Assembly: GCA_051362555.1 (NCBI GenBank)
Contig: CM120643.1
Span: 25,672,848-25,736,847, forward strand
DNA from: Lingula anatina
Lineage: Eukaryota > Animalia > Brachiopoda
Length of the DNA: 64,000 nt
Direction: 5' to 3'
Below are positions 63,871-64,000 of the stretch, piece after piece; within the stretch, counting starts at the first letter, position 1, and each line of letters starts with the position of its first letter. Position numbers and translations under genes: made by a program. The notes beneath the pieces were generated by a model that saw nothing but the letters and a program-made list of their open reading frames with translations, did no database searches and was not told the origin of the DNA.

Positions 63871-64000
63871 GCATTGGTTGTATCTGGTATTTTACAATAC
63901 AAATGTTCAACTTACTATGAGGTCTGGCAGGTGTGGTAAAAGTCCCTATGACTTTATCACAAGTGTTGTTCTTTCCTCCACATATGCCACAGCTGTCTTC

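Overview
AT-rich, intron-containing genomic DNA from a bilaterian invertebrate (probably a mollusc-like lophotrochozoan; this is inference). It is not prokaryotic, so most of the supplied ORF track is spurious or covers only exon fragments. Reading GT-AG splice sites and frames by hand gives eight genes. (1) The 3' end of an unidentified gene with a Gln/Gly/Met-rich low-complexity tail (+). (2) A complete 7-exon Rab22/Rab31-family GTPase (+, 199 aa). (3) A complete cytosolic alanyl-tRNA synthetase, AARS1 (-, 22 coding exons, 966 aa). (4) A 2-exon secreted coiled-coil + F5/8 type C (discoidin) gene nested antisense inside an AARS1 intron (+). (5) A complete, very compact WWOX (+, 417 aa), head-to-head with AARS1. 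(6) A peptide-receptor-like class A GPCR (-). (7) An intronless large Maf bZIP (-). (8) The 3' part of an ADAMTS16/18 orthologue (-). AARS1, WWOX, MAF and ADAMTS18 all lie on human 16q22-23, so the window looks like a compressed ancient synteny block. Candidate conserved regulatory signals are ATF4/C-EBP CARE motifs in the AARS1 first intron and a Maf recognition element in the Maf 5'UTR. Introns and intergenic DNA carry many non-autonomous DNA transposons: a 5-kb Helentron/HINE-like element holding a 146-bp satellite, Harbinger-like MITEs, a TA-TSD Tc1/mariner-type element, 8-bp and 5-bp TSD elements, and minisatellites.
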